Source: Clostridiales bacterium
Lineage (GTDB): Bacteria > Bacillota > Clostridia > Christensenellales > UBA1242
Length of the DNA stretch: 64,000 nt
Direction: 5' to 3'
Assembly: GCA_015055815.1 (NCBI GenBank)
Contig: SVHM01000001.1
Coordinates: forward strand, 169,774-233,773
Shown here: one piece after another, positions 54,321 to 63,852 of the stretch
Layout of the letters: each line of letters starts with the position of its first letter
Position numbering within the stretch: position 1 is the stretch's first letter
The notes under the pieces: generated by a model
Told to the model about the DNA's origin: nothing
The model's input: the letters and a program-made list of their open reading frames with translations, nothing else
Databases searched by the model: none
Translations under genes and position numbers: made by a program

Positions 54321-56281
54321 TACTTCTTACTCCTTTCTTCAAATTTATCTACTTTATTAAAGTTGGCATTTGCTGTAATATATTTCTTTCTAGCTTCAAT
54401 ATTATCACCCATAAGAGTTGTAATCATTTCTTCAGCATCAGCAACATCATCAATTGTAACTCTAATTAGCACTCTCTTGCTTGGGTTCATTGTAGTTTCC
54501 CAAAGTTGCATATATGACATTTCACCCAGACCTTTAAATCTTGTAACATTATATCCAGGCCCAGCTTCTTTTACCACATCATCATAATCAGCTTCATCAT
54601 AAACATATTTTTCAAAGCCTTTTTTATAAATCTTATAAAGTGGAGCAATCGCCACATAAACATGTCCAGCATTGATAAGTTCTCTCATGTATCTATAGAA
54701 GAACGTTAATAAAATTGCCCTAATATGCGCACCATCTTGGTCAGCATCCGCCATAATTATTACCTTATTATATTTTAAATGTTCAATATTAAAATCACTA
54801 CCAATACCAGTACCTAATGCAGATATTATAGTTCTAATTTCTTCATTATCAAGCACTTGAGAAAGTCTTTTCTTCTCTACATTTAAAGGTTTTCCCCTAA
54901 GTGGAAGAATTGCTTGGAATGATCTATCTCTTGCTTGTTTTGCACTACCACCCGCACTATCTCCTTCAACTATAAACACTTCATTTAAAAGTGGATTTCT
55001 ACCAGTACAACTAGAAAGCTTTCCAATTAATGAATAACTATCTACACTATTTTTTTGTCTAGTTATCTCTTTAGCCTTTCTTGCAGCATCTCTGACTTTT
55101 GCAGCACCTTTTGCCTTATTTATAATTTCAGTAAGAATTGGCTTACTGCTTGTTTGATTTGCAAAGTTAATAAGTCCATCATAAATAATATTTTCAACTT
55201 CCAATCTTGCTTCTGGGTTTCCAAGTTTAGTTTTAGTCTGACCTTCAAACTGAACATTCTTCATCTTGATTGCAAGAACAACAGTCATTCCTTCTCTATA
55301 GTCTTCGCCAAGCAAGTTTTGGTCTTTCTCTTTTAAAAGCCCCATGTTTCTTGCAATTTCATTAAATGCTTTAGTTATACCACTTTTTAAACCAGTTTCG
55401 TGCATACCACCTTCTGGAGTTGGAATATTATTTACATAACTAAATACATTCTCAGAATACAAATCTACGTGTTGTATCGCACAAGTAAGTTCAATAAGAT
55501 TAGTTTTCGCTTCAATATATATAGGCTCTTTATAAATTACAGTATTTTTCTCATTAATAAATCTGATAAATTCCTTAAGCCCTTCAGTATAATTATACAC
55601 TCTAACCTGATCACCAAGCTCTTCAACTTGATTTTCATCAATTAGTTCAATTACAATTCCCTTATTTAAAAAAGCAAGCTCTCTTACTCTTTTTGCGATA
55701 GTTTCCCTATCAAAAAGACAATCTTTAAATATCCTATCATCAGGTTTAAATGTAACAGTAGTACCAGTTTCAGTAGTTGGACCAAGACATTGAAGCGGCG
55801 TAACTGGCACACCACCAGATATTTTATCTTTAGACTTTTTCACAGCCTTAAACTCCATAAAATATCTTTGACCTTCTCTACAAACTTCTACTTTCAACCA
55901 TTCAGACAAAGCATTTGTAACACTCGCACCAACACCATGCAAGCCACCAGAATAAGAATAGTTCGAATTGTTAAACTTACCACCCGCATGTAATTGTGTA
56001 AAAACGACCTGAACTCCGCTTACTTTTAAAGTTGGATGCTTATCTACAGGGATACCCCTTCCATTGTCCTTAACAGTTACACTATTATCGGTATGAATAG
56101 TAATAGTAATTTTATTTCCATATCCATTCGCAATTTCATCAATAGCATTATCCACTATTTCCCATAGTAAATGATGCATACCTTTAATACCAGTTGTTCC
56201 AATATACATTCCCGGTCTAAGCCTTACAGCATCTAAACCTTGTAAAACAACTATATCCTTACTATTATAATTAGCTGCCAA
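54320..56281 (-). CDS. parE: DNA topoisomerase IV subunit B
   Basis: 653 aa. GHKL ATPase LWEIVDNAIDE, DNGRGIPV, GGLHGVGASV. TOPRIM EVFIVEGDSAGGSAKQARD, PLRGK, IMADADQDGAHI. Partner subunit lacks the GyrA box. Confidence 0.8.
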   Translation of the reverse strand: MAANYNSKDIVVLQGLDAVRLRPGMYIGTTGIKGMHHLLWEIVDNAIDEIANGYGNKITITIHTDNSVTVKDNGRGIPVDKHPTLKVSGVQVVFTQLHAGGKFNNSNYSYSGGLHGVGASVTNALSEWLKVEVCREGQRYFMEFKAVKKSKDKISGGVPVTPLQCLGPTTETGTTVTFKPDDRIFKDCLFDRETIAKRVRELAFLNKGIVIELIDENQVEELGDQVRVYNYTEGLKEFIRFINEKNTVIYKEPIYIEAKTNLIELTCAIQHVDLYSENVFSYVNNIPTPEGGMHETGLKSGITKAFNEIARNMGLLKEKDQNLLGEDYREGMTVVLAIKMKNVQFEGQTKTKLGNPEARLEVENIIYDGLINFANQTSSKPILTEIINKAKGAAKVRDAARKAKEITRQKNSVDSYSLIGKLSSCTGRNPLLNEVFIVEGDSAGGSAKQARDRSFQAILPLRGKPLNVEKKRLSQVLDNEEIRTIISALGTGIGSDFNIEHLKYNKVIIMADADQDGAHIRAILLTFFYRYMRELINAGHVYVAIAPLYKIYKKGFEKYVYDEADYDDVVKEAGPGYNVTRFKGLGEMSYMQLWETTMNPSKRVLIRVTIDDVADAEEMITTLMGDNIEARKKYITANANFNKVDKFEERSKK

Positions 56282-56494
56282 AAGTAAATCTCTCCTTAAT
56301 TTTTTTCCTTACAAAATTGATTATACCACAAAAAAAGCCAAAAAACAATTATTTTGTAAATTTATCACAATATTATTAATTTTATAATTTTATAGATTAT
56401 TTATACGTTTTACATTATATTTATTCACTGTAATAACATGTCATATTTTATAATAATTTGTCATAAAATAATAAAAAAAGAAAAAGGAATATAA

Positions 56495-57544
56495 ATGAAA
56501 AAAATAGTTTTTACTGGTGGTGGAACTGCCGGACACATAATACCAAACCTTGCAATAATTGAAGAACTTAAAGGCTACGACATATATTATTTTGGAAGTT
56601 CTGGCATGGAAAAAGAAATTTTATTAGAGTACCCAAACGTAAAATTTATAGAAATCGAAACAGTGAAATTTATAAGAAGTCTAACTCTAAAAAATCTACT
56701 TATACCATATAAATTATACAAATGCATCAAATCAACAAAAGAAAAATTAAAAGAAATTAACCCCAGTATTATTTTTTCAAAAGGTGGATATGTATCAATT
56801 CCAACCTGTATTGCTGGAAGCCAATTAAAAATACCTATACTTACTCACGAAAGCGATTTAAGTATAGGCCTAGCCAATAAAATTATAGCAAAAAAATCAA
56901 AAGCTTTGCTTTGCACATTTGAAGAAACAGCCAAAAATTACAAGAAAAACGCAATTTATACCGGCTCACCCATTAAACAAAACATCACACAAGGCAAAAA
57001 AGAAATAATTCTAAGTAGACACAAAATAAACAACTCAAAACCAATAGTTTTAATAATCGGTGGAAGCCTTGGCTCAAAACATATTAATAGCATAATTCAA
57101 AATAATTTAAAAGTACTTACAAATAAATATAATATATTACATATCGTAGGTAAGAAAAATTTTAATGAAAATATAAAAGAAAAAGATTATTATCAAATTG
57201 ATTTTGCACACGACATTGAAAATTATTTTTCAGCAAGCGATATTATAATTTCAAGAGCTGGAAGCAACGCAATATTTGAAATAGTCGCAAATCAAAAACC
57301 GAATATTTTAATACCATTACCTAAGAAAAACAGTCGTGGCGACCAAATAGACAATGCCAAAAACTTTCAAAATAAAGGTATTTCTGAAGTTATATTTCAA
57401 GAAGATTTAACATTAGACTTACTATTAACTATAATAGATAAAACACTCCAAAATAAAGAAACTAACATAAACAACATGAAAAAACTAAACATTTCAAAAA
57501 ATAATCAAACATTTATAAACCTAATACATAAATATTCACTTTAA
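56495..57544 (+). CDS. murG: lipid II synthase MurG (UDP-GlcNAc:undecaprenyl-PP-MurNAc-pentapeptide GlcNAc transferase)
   Basis: 349 aa. FTGGGTAGHIIPNLAI, HESDLSIGLANK, IGGSLGS, SRAGSNAIFE. Confidence 0.9.
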   Translation: MKKIVFTGGGTAGHIIPNLAIIEELKGYDIYYFGSSGMEKEILLEYPNVKFIEIETVKFIRSLTLKNLLIPYKLYKCIKSTKEKLKEINPSIIFSKGGYVSIPTCIAGSQLKIPILTHESDLSIGLANKIIAKKSKALLCTFEETAKNYKKNAIYTGSPIKQNITQGKKEIILSRHKINNSKPIVLIIGGSLGSKHINSIIQNNLKVLTNKYNILHIVGKKNFNENIKEKDYYQIDFAHDIENYFSASDIIISRAGSNAIFEIVANQKPNILIPLPKKNSRGDQIDNAKNFQNKGISEVIFQEDLTLDLLLTIIDKTLQNKETNINNMKKLNISKNNQTFINLIHKYSL

Positions 57545-57597
57545 TGTATATTTAACAAATAAAAAAATAACTCAAGGTTACAAACTTTTGAAACTAG

Positions 57598-57632
57598 TAA
57601 AAAAGAAGAATTGTAAAAAATTCTTCTTTTTT
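57598..57632. terminator. bidirectional terminator between murG and the 113-aa gene
   Basis: AAGAAGAATT-gtaaaa-AATTCTTCTT, a 10-bp stem with flanking A- and T-runs. Confidence 0.75.
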
Positions 57633-57640
57633 ATATATTT

Positions 57641-57982
57641 CTAATTAAAAAATTTTTCATCAATTAATGGGACAATATCTATTGCTGGCTCCTCGTAAGG
57701 ATGAACCTCTCTTAATTTAATTATTACTTGTTTGACTTTTTCAACATCACATATAACTTCTAGTTTTTCTTCTTCAACATACTCTAATTTGTTTTTCTCT
57801 CCAATATGTGGATTTGCTTTTTCATTTGGTAAGAATGTTCCAACACCTTTCACTGATGTAGAACAATAAGAATAGTTTCCAATAACACCAGCTCCAGCTT
57901 TGCACATTGCAATCCTAACATCTTCCACATTTTCTAATGGAATAGTTACAAATATTTTTACTTTTTTTACATCTATCTTCAT
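57641..57982 (-). CDS. stand-alone homologue of the Nif3/YqfO PII-like insert domain
   Basis: 113 aa. VKIFVTIP..VEDVRIAMCKAGAGVIGNYSYCSTSVKGVGTFLPNEKANPHIGE...HPYEEPAIDIVPL closely follows the YqfO insert-domain pattern. Confidence 0.6.
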   Translation of the reverse strand: MKIDVKKVKIFVTIPLENVEDVRIAMCKAGAGVIGNYSYCSTSVKGVGTFLPNEKANPHIGEKNKLEYVEEEKLEVICDVEKVKQVIIKLREVHPYEEPAIDIVPLIDEKFFN

Positions 57983-57991
57983 ACTTACTCC

Positions 57992-58444
57992 TTAAAATTT
58001 TGTAAATGTTGAGTTTGCTTCTTCAAAGCCCATTTTTTTATAGAATGATTTTGCACTTTCGTTTTTAAAAGAAGCAGTGACTAAAAAGTGTGTTATACCT
58101 TGTTCTTTAAAATATTTTTCAAACTCTTTATATAAAGCATTTCCTATACCTTGTTTACGATAGTTACTATCAATACACATATTGCAAAGCTCTGCAATTT
58201 TGAAGTCATAATAAGGAATATCACTTACTTCGCCAAGTAAATAGCCAACGACTTTATCATCTATTTCAGCAATAATAACAAAACTATCTTTTATAGCATT
58301 TTCAAAGTATTCTTTGCCTTCTTTTGACAATGGCCAATCTTTGATTAAGTATTTATCAAAGTTTGCAAGTTCCAACTCAAACAACTGATTATTTAGTTCT
58401 TGTATTCTTTGCAAATCTTTTAAAGTTGCTCTTCTAATTAACAT
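57992..58444 (-). CDS. GNAT-family N-acetyltransferase
   Basis: 150 aa. Acetyl-CoA motif YRKQGIGNALYKEF. Confidence 0.85.
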   Translation of the reverse strand: MLIRRATLKDLQRIQELNNQLFELELANFDKYLIKDWPLSKEGKEYFENAIKDSFVIIAEIDDKVVGYLLGEVSDIPYYDFKIAELCNMCIDSNYRKQGIGNALYKEFEKYFKEQGITHFLVTASFKNESAKSFYKKMGFEEANSTFTKF

Positions 58445-58616
58445 AATTAATTACTCCTATAAAATTATTATAACATATATTTTAAAATTTTGTTGAAAAA
58501 ATCAAAGATTTATAAAATAATTTTAAATGGCACTGATACGTATGCTTATCTTGATACAAGTGGTGTCGTTTCACTCCACCAGACAAACACACGCAAACAA
58601 TTAAATAAATGAAGTC

Positions 58617-58659
58617 AAAAAGCGAAAGTGTTGGTAAACGTAACACACTTTCGCTTTTT
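58617..58659. terminator. strong 11-bp hairpin terminator in the ddl-GNAT spacer (bidirectional context)
   Basis: AGCGAAAGTGT-13 nt-ACACTTTCGCT, flanked by AAAA upstream and TTTT downstream. Confidence 0.75.
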
Positions 58660-58799
58660 GTTATTCTTTTTTCTTCTCTTTTCAATTATGGTAAACAAAT
58701 ATTCTTTGTTGCTGTTAAGAGAGAGTAAAAAACAACTTAATCATAGTTGATTAAAGTGTTAATTATTTAGCTAGTTCCAAAAGTGCTAGACTAAGCGAG

Positions 58800-59921
58800 T
58801 TATTTTTTTATTCCTATCAAACCACTACCCAGCACACCACTATCTATAACCTTAACACAACTATCCACGCTTAACTTTATACCATTTCTTACAAGCATAT
58901 CAATAAGTTTTGAATAAGGATACATTTTCTTATCAAACAAATAGTTTGCCATAGAGCCTGGAATGGAATTTACTTCATTTAAATAAACATTATCATCTTT
59001 ATCAATTATAAAATCAAACCTAACAACACCAATCATACCAAGTTTACAATATACAATCCTTGAAATTTCTTTAATTTTATCAAGAGTGAAAGTATCAATT
59101 TCAGCAGGAATTATTCTCTTAATATTTTCAAAATTGCCACCGCTTCTTTTATACTTGTCATCAAAACTAAGAATTTCATCTTTCCCTTTAGGCTCTTCTG
59201 TATTTGAAAAAATCAAATCTCCAAGGTATTCAAACAATGCAATATTTACTTCTTTTTTAATATCAATAAACTTCTCAATTACAACCTTACTATCATATTT
59301 AAAGGAAATTTCGATATTTTTTTGCAGTTCATTCCTATTATGACAAACATATATACCAATACTACTTCCCTGTCTACACGGTTTTATAATAATAGGATAC
59401 CCTAATTTTTCTACCTTCTCAAATACAACTTCACAATCAAGCAAATAATCATAATGATTAATCGAAAGTCCATTAGCAACATTTATATTTAAAGAACTAC
59501 AAACACATTTAAAAATATCCTTATCAATACAAACAGAACTCGCCACAAGTCCAGAAGAAGAACAAGGAATTTTAGACATATTAAGAATAGCAAAAAGCGT
59601 TCCATCTTCTCCCCTAAGACCATGTAAACAAGGAATACAACAATCAACTTTTATGTATTTTTTAAATTTACCACCTTTTTCAATATATAAGTAATCATCA
59701 TTAGGATGTATGGAACATTTTTTTAGTTTAGATAATTTATTGGGGTAATTGTCCAAATCTTTTAAGCTATCACCAGTATACCATACCCCACACTTATCTA
59801 TATACACAGGTATTACATTGTATAAATATTCATTACAATTTGCAATTAACTGAACTCCAGTTATCACCGAAATATCATGTTCACAACTCTCCCCACCAAA
59901 AACAACCATTAAATTTACCAT
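58800..59921 (-). CDS. ddl: D-alanine--D-alanine ligase
   Basis: 373 aa. VVFGGESCEHDISVITG, ATP-grasp core (IIKPCRQGSSIG, EVNSIPGS). Confidence 0.92.
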   Translation of the reverse strand: MVNLMVVFGGESCEHDISVITGVQLIANCNEYLYNVIPVYIDKCGVWYTGDSLKDLDNYPNKLSKLKKCSIHPNDDYLYIEKGGKFKKYIKVDCCIPCLHGLRGEDGTLFAILNMSKIPCSSSGLVASSVCIDKDIFKCVCSSLNINVANGLSINHYDYLLDCEVVFEKVEKLGYPIIIKPCRQGSSIGIYVCHNRNELQKNIEISFKYDSKVVIEKFIDIKKEVNIALFEYLGDLIFSNTEEPKGKDEILSFDDKYKRSGGNFENIKRIIPAEIDTFTLDKIKEISRIVYCKLGMIGVVRFDFIIDKDDNVYLNEVNSIPGSMANYLFDKKMYPYSKLIDMLVRNGIKLSVDSCVKVIDSGVLGSGLIGIKK

Positions 59922-59930
59922 GTCAACCCC

Positions 59931-61583
59931 CTAATCAAAATTATCAGGCAAATCATTTTCAATTAAACAAACATAATTGTCATCAAGCGAATAGATTTTA
60001 TTCTTTATTTCAGAAAATGAACTTGCATAAGAAACATTCTCCATATTAAACTTAGCATCAACCAACCCATCACAAATAGCTTTTTTATTTTTATTCTTAA
60101 CAACCACCACTTCATCTGCATATTTAGCAACCAAAATAGCAAACTTTTTATTATACAGATAATCATTATCAGTTTCAATAAGTCCAGGAGTAACAACAAT
60201 TTTTCGACGTGATTTATATAGAGACAATGTCATTAGTGAAAATTTTGCCGAATCAATATTCGAATTATAACCATTGTTAATCACAATACCACCACTATCA
60301 AGATTATAAATCTCAGTTCTAGCAGCTATCTTATCAATTTTTTTTAGAGACATTCTAATAGTATCAACACTAACGCCAAGTTTAATAGCCATAGCAACGG
60401 CAAGCAAAATATTAATTATATTATGTATACCAATTAATTTACAACTACATTCAAATAAAAATTCATTTCCACAATACACATTAAAACTTGTTCCAGCTGA
60501 ACTTACTTCAATTCTTCTAGCCGAAAAACAATTTGTTCTTGGATAAAAATAAAAAACACCTTTAAGCTTAAGAGACGAATAACACAAAATCCTAGATTTA
60601 ATACAACGAATATGCTTTAAATTACTTTGTAACGATAAATAAACCCCAATCCTTTCGCCCCTAAAATCATTAAACATTTTAGTCACATACTTATCCATTA
60701 GATTAAAGACACAAAAGCCATTTTTAACATAATCAGGTAATTCTTTCTTAGTGTTATACACATTATCTATACTTTTAAAATACTGCATATGTTGTCTTCC
60801 AACAGAAGTAACTATACCACAATTAACATCAATCATTTTACACAGATAATTAATGTCACCAACTTTCTTAGCGCCCATTTCACAGACAAACAATTCATTT
60901 AAATTTGAAAAATTTTCATTGACGGTTTTAGCAACACCAAGTGGAGTATTAAAACTATTTTTAGTATACAAAATATTATATTTCTCTTTAAGAATAGCCA
61001 CAAGAATTTCCTTAACAGAAGTCTTACCAAAACTACCAGTAATACCTATTTTAAACAAATCAGATTTACCTAAATTAAACTTGGCTTTATTAATAAAATA
61101 GTTAGCAATTAATTTCTCTAAAGGCATTAAAATTACCAAAGAAATAATTAATACAAAAGGCAAAGCCAATAACAAAATTAAATATAAAAAATGAATAAAA
61201 TTACTAGAAACAACTAGGCTAAAAATCAATGTAGAAATAACAAAATACAAAATCAAAAAACATGAAAATAGCCTAATCATTCTTTTAGTAAATTTAACTT
61301 TTTTTATAAGCTTAAATTCATTCAAAAACATTAGAGTTAATAGGCATTGAAAAGACGTAAAAACAAGATACAAATTTACTTGAAAAAACAATGCCAAACA
61401 TAAAGACAAAACTGAATAAAACACAAATAAAAAATATAGCATTTTTTGTTTTATAAAACCATACCAAAAACACTTAATAATTGAAAAAATATTATACCCA
61501 GACAATTGCAAATAATACAAGTATTTACAAGCAAACATTCCAAACACAAATAATAAAAGAATACAAATAATTAAAAATTCCAA
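59931..61583 (-). CDS. murF: MurF-type Mur ligase (UDP-MurNAc-tripeptide--D-Ala-D-Ala ligase) with an N-terminal polytopic membrane segment
   Basis: 550 aa. P-loop GITGSFGKTSVKEIL at aa ~180, NSFNTPLGV, CEMGAKKVGDI, TSVGRQHMQYF. ddl adjacency. aa 1-155 form about five hydrophobic helices where the usual N-domain would be. Confidence 0.75.
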   Translation of the reverse strand: MEFLIICILLLFVFGMFACKYLYYLQLSGYNIFSIIKCFWYGFIKQKMLYFLFVFYSVLSLCLALFFQVNLYLVFTSFQCLLTLMFLNEFKLIKKVKFTKRMIRLFSCFLILYFVISTLIFSLVVSSNFIHFLYLILLLALPFVLIISLVILMPLEKLIANYFINKAKFNLGKSDLFKIGITGSFGKTSVKEILVAILKEKYNILYTKNSFNTPLGVAKTVNENFSNLNELFVCEMGAKKVGDINYLCKMIDVNCGIVTSVGRQHMQYFKSIDNVYNTKKELPDYVKNGFCVFNLMDKYVTKMFNDFRGERIGVYLSLQSNLKHIRCIKSRILCYSSLKLKGVFYFYPRTNCFSARRIEVSSAGTSFNVYCGNEFLFECSCKLIGIHNIINILLAVAMAIKLGVSVDTIRMSLKKIDKIAARTEIYNLDSGGIVINNGYNSNIDSAKFSLMTLSLYKSRRKIVVTPGLIETDNDYLYNKKFAILVAKYADEVVVVKNKNKKAICDGLVDAKFNMENVSYASSFSEIKNKIYSLDDNYVCLIENDLPDNFD

Positions 61584-61671
61584 TTTTACTTACACAATCT
61601 CCACAATAAGCATTTTACTATTATTTATGTAATTGTTACTAGAGTTTGTGACATTTATTACACACTAATTG

Positions 61672-62379
61672 TCAATTACTAAGCACTTCAATAGTTTTAT
61701 GCATTTTTTCAAAACAAGCAAAATGACCACAATTTTTATAAATTATTTTTTTTGATTGTTTGACATATCTATTTATTTTATTGCAAATCCATATAGGCGT
61801 ATCTCTATCTTTACCACCCCAAATAAGCAATACATCACACTGAATTTTAGACAATAATTTTTCTAAATTTTGATTAACAATTTTCACAAACGATTGTTTC
61901 ATTTTGGGAGATAATTTTTTATAATCTCTACTTCCAAATTTTGATGCGTTTTTAGAGTTAAAAATTTTAATTTTTTTAATAAATTTATAAGTCTTAATTT
62001 TAATAAATTTTATAATATTAAATCTATACAACCCCGCACTACTTGCAAGTATAATTTTTTTAATATTCAAATCGAAAACTGAACTTAAAATAATAGCAAT
62101 TCTACCACCAAACGAATGACCAAAAATTGTTAAATTTTTTAAATTCAATTTTTTTAAAAGAATAAAAATTTGACAAGCATATTCATATGTATCATATGAA
62201 AATTGCGGTTCAGAAGAACCACTAAAACCAAAAAAATCTAGATACAAAATATTGCATCTATCAGAAAGATTATGTACGATTTTTTCAAAACAATTTTTAC
62301 TCAAACCCCAACCATGCAGTAGCACAATTGTTTCTTCTGAATGATTATCAATATATTTATAATCTAGATTTTCAATCAT
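61672..62379 (-). CDS. alpha/beta-fold hydrolase
   Basis: 235 aa. LLHGWG oxyanion region, nucleophile elbow GHSFGG, C-terminal GHF. Confidence 0.8.
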   Translation of the reverse strand: MIENLDYKYIDNHSEETIVLLHGWGLSKNCFEKIVHNLSDRCNILYLDFFGFSGSSEPQFSYDTYEYACQIFILLKKLNLKNLTIFGHSFGGRIAIILSSVFDLNIKKIILASSAGLYRFNIIKFIKIKTYKFIKKIKIFNSKNASKFGSRDYKKLSPKMKQSFVKIVNQNLEKLLSKIQCDVLLIWGGKDRDTPIWICNKINRYVKQSKKIIYKNCGHFACFEKMHKTIEVLSN

Positions 62380-62807
62380 ATATTACACCAAAATATTTCA
62401 CCATCTATTTCGCCGTAATACCCTTTTCTTGTTTCACCTTTTTCAAATCCATTTTTTATATAAAAAGATTTAGCTATAATATTGTCACTTCTTACTTCTA
62501 AGAATATTTTTTTAACATTCTTATTACGTAAAAATTCTTTAACATAATCAATAAGAAATTTCCCAACACCCTTATTCCTATTATTAGGACTAACAACTAT
62601 TTTCAATAGATTACTCTCATCAAAAATTGTCATTATCATTATATACCCTAGCATTACATCATTTTCAAATGCTACAAATATATCAACATATTGATTATTA
62701 AAAAAATCATAGAATGTATCTTTTGAATACTTCTCATATTCATAAGAATTATCAAGCAAAACTATTTTATCAATAAGACTTATATCTACTTTTTTTATCT
62801 CAATCAT
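62376..62807 (-). CDS. rimI: ribosomal-protein-alanine N-acetyltransferase RimI
   Basis: 143 aa GNAT (NRNKGVGKFLI). Standard tsaE-tsaB-rimI order. Overlapping junctions. Confidence 0.75.
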   Translation of the reverse strand: MIEIKKVDISLIDKIVLLDNSYEYEKYSKDTFYDFFNNQYVDIFVAFENDVMLGYIMIMTIFDESNLLKIVVSPNNRNKGVGKFLIDYVKEFLRNKNVKKIFLEVRSDNIIAKSFYIKNGFEKGETRKGYYGEIDGEIFWCNI

Positions 62808-63423
62808 TTTTTAAATTCCTTTCTGCTTGAGACAATTGCAAATAATAAGGCTCAATAGTGCTAAATTCATCATTGTTGATTTTATCAAATATTACTTCAC
62901 GTAATTTTTCAGTAACAGTATTTACGACTACAATATTATTATATTCCAAACCAATCGTTTCTTGTTCTTCTTCTAGTATCACAACTTGCTTTTTATCAAC
63001 TAGTTCATTAATCTTTGATTTCTCAACTACGCCAGTAGACAATATCTCTCCACCTTTCACTTCAGCATAATAACATGACGACATAGTACTTTCTAGTAGC
63101 ACATACCCATTTTTAATAAACTTACTAAGAACTTCAAAATTTGTAACAGCAATAGTCTTTTTATCACAAACCTTATTAAATGCTTTTATAGTAGCAGCCC
63201 CAATTCTAATACCAGTAAAAGACCCTGGACCAGTTATACAAGCAAACACATCAATATCAGAAAGAGTTAGCTTTGCATCAAATAATATTTTTTCAATATA
63301 TAAAAACAAACCTTCACTATGTTTTAAGTTTTTATCCATTTTAACAATGAAACTATCTTTTTCGCTATCAAATATATAAATCTTAGCTATTTTTCGTGTT
63401 GTGTCAACCGCAAAAACTTTCAT
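62800..63423 (-). CDS. tsaB: tRNA t6A37 biosynthesis protein TsaB (YeaZ)
   Basis: 207 aa. ITGPGSFTGIRIG motif. Follows tsaE. Confidence 0.88.
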   Translation of the reverse strand: MKVFAVDTTRKIAKIYIFDSEKDSFIVKMDKNLKHSEGLFLYIEKILFDAKLTLSDIDVFACITGPGSFTGIRIGAATIKAFNKVCDKKTIAVTNFEVLSKFIKNGYVLLESTMSSCYYAEVKGGEILSTGVVEKSKINELVDKKQVVILEEEQETIGLEYNNIVVVNTVTEKLREVIFDKINNDEFSTIEPYYLQLSQAERNLKND

Positions 63424-63426
63424 AAC

Positions 63427-63852
63427 TCACCTTTTAATTTCAAACAATCTTTTATTTTCATCTATAATTGAAATTTTTATTTCAATACAGTCTGACGGTA
63501 ATATATCTTTAATTTTTTCAGACCACTCAATAAAAATTATTTTATTAACATTTTCATCAAATAAAACTTCATCAAGCCCACACTCATATATCTCATCTGA
63601 ACTTTCCAACCTATACACATCCAAATGATAAATTTCAAATATTTTGCCTTGATATTTTTTCATTATTGTAAAAGTAGGACTTGAAACAACATCTTTAACA
63701 CCTAACGTTTTCAAAACACTTTTTACAAATGTAGTTTTACCAGCACCCAAATCACCATTTAGCAAAATAATTTCTCCACCAGAAAGAAGATTAGCAAATT
63801 TTTTAGCCAATTCTTCGGTCATATTCAGACTTTCGATTTCAATTTTATCCAT
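63427..63852 (-). CDS. tsaE: tRNA t6A37 biosynthesis ATPase TsaE (YjeE)
   Basis: 141 aa. LNGDLGAGKTTFVK P-loop, SPTFTIM, HLDVYRL. Confidence 0.9.
   Translation of the reverse strand: MDKIEIESLNMTEELAKKFANLLSGGEIILLNGDLGAGKTTFVKSVLKTLGVKDVVSSPTFTIMKKYQGKIFEIYHLDVYRLESSDEIYECGLDEVLFDENVNKIIFIEWSEKIKDILPSDCIEIKISIIDENKRLFEIKR

Noticed and set aside
58482-58685. 67-aa minus-strand ORF in the ddl-GNAT spacer
   Set aside because: It runs straight through the 11-bp terminator hairpin and has no Shine-Dalgarno.
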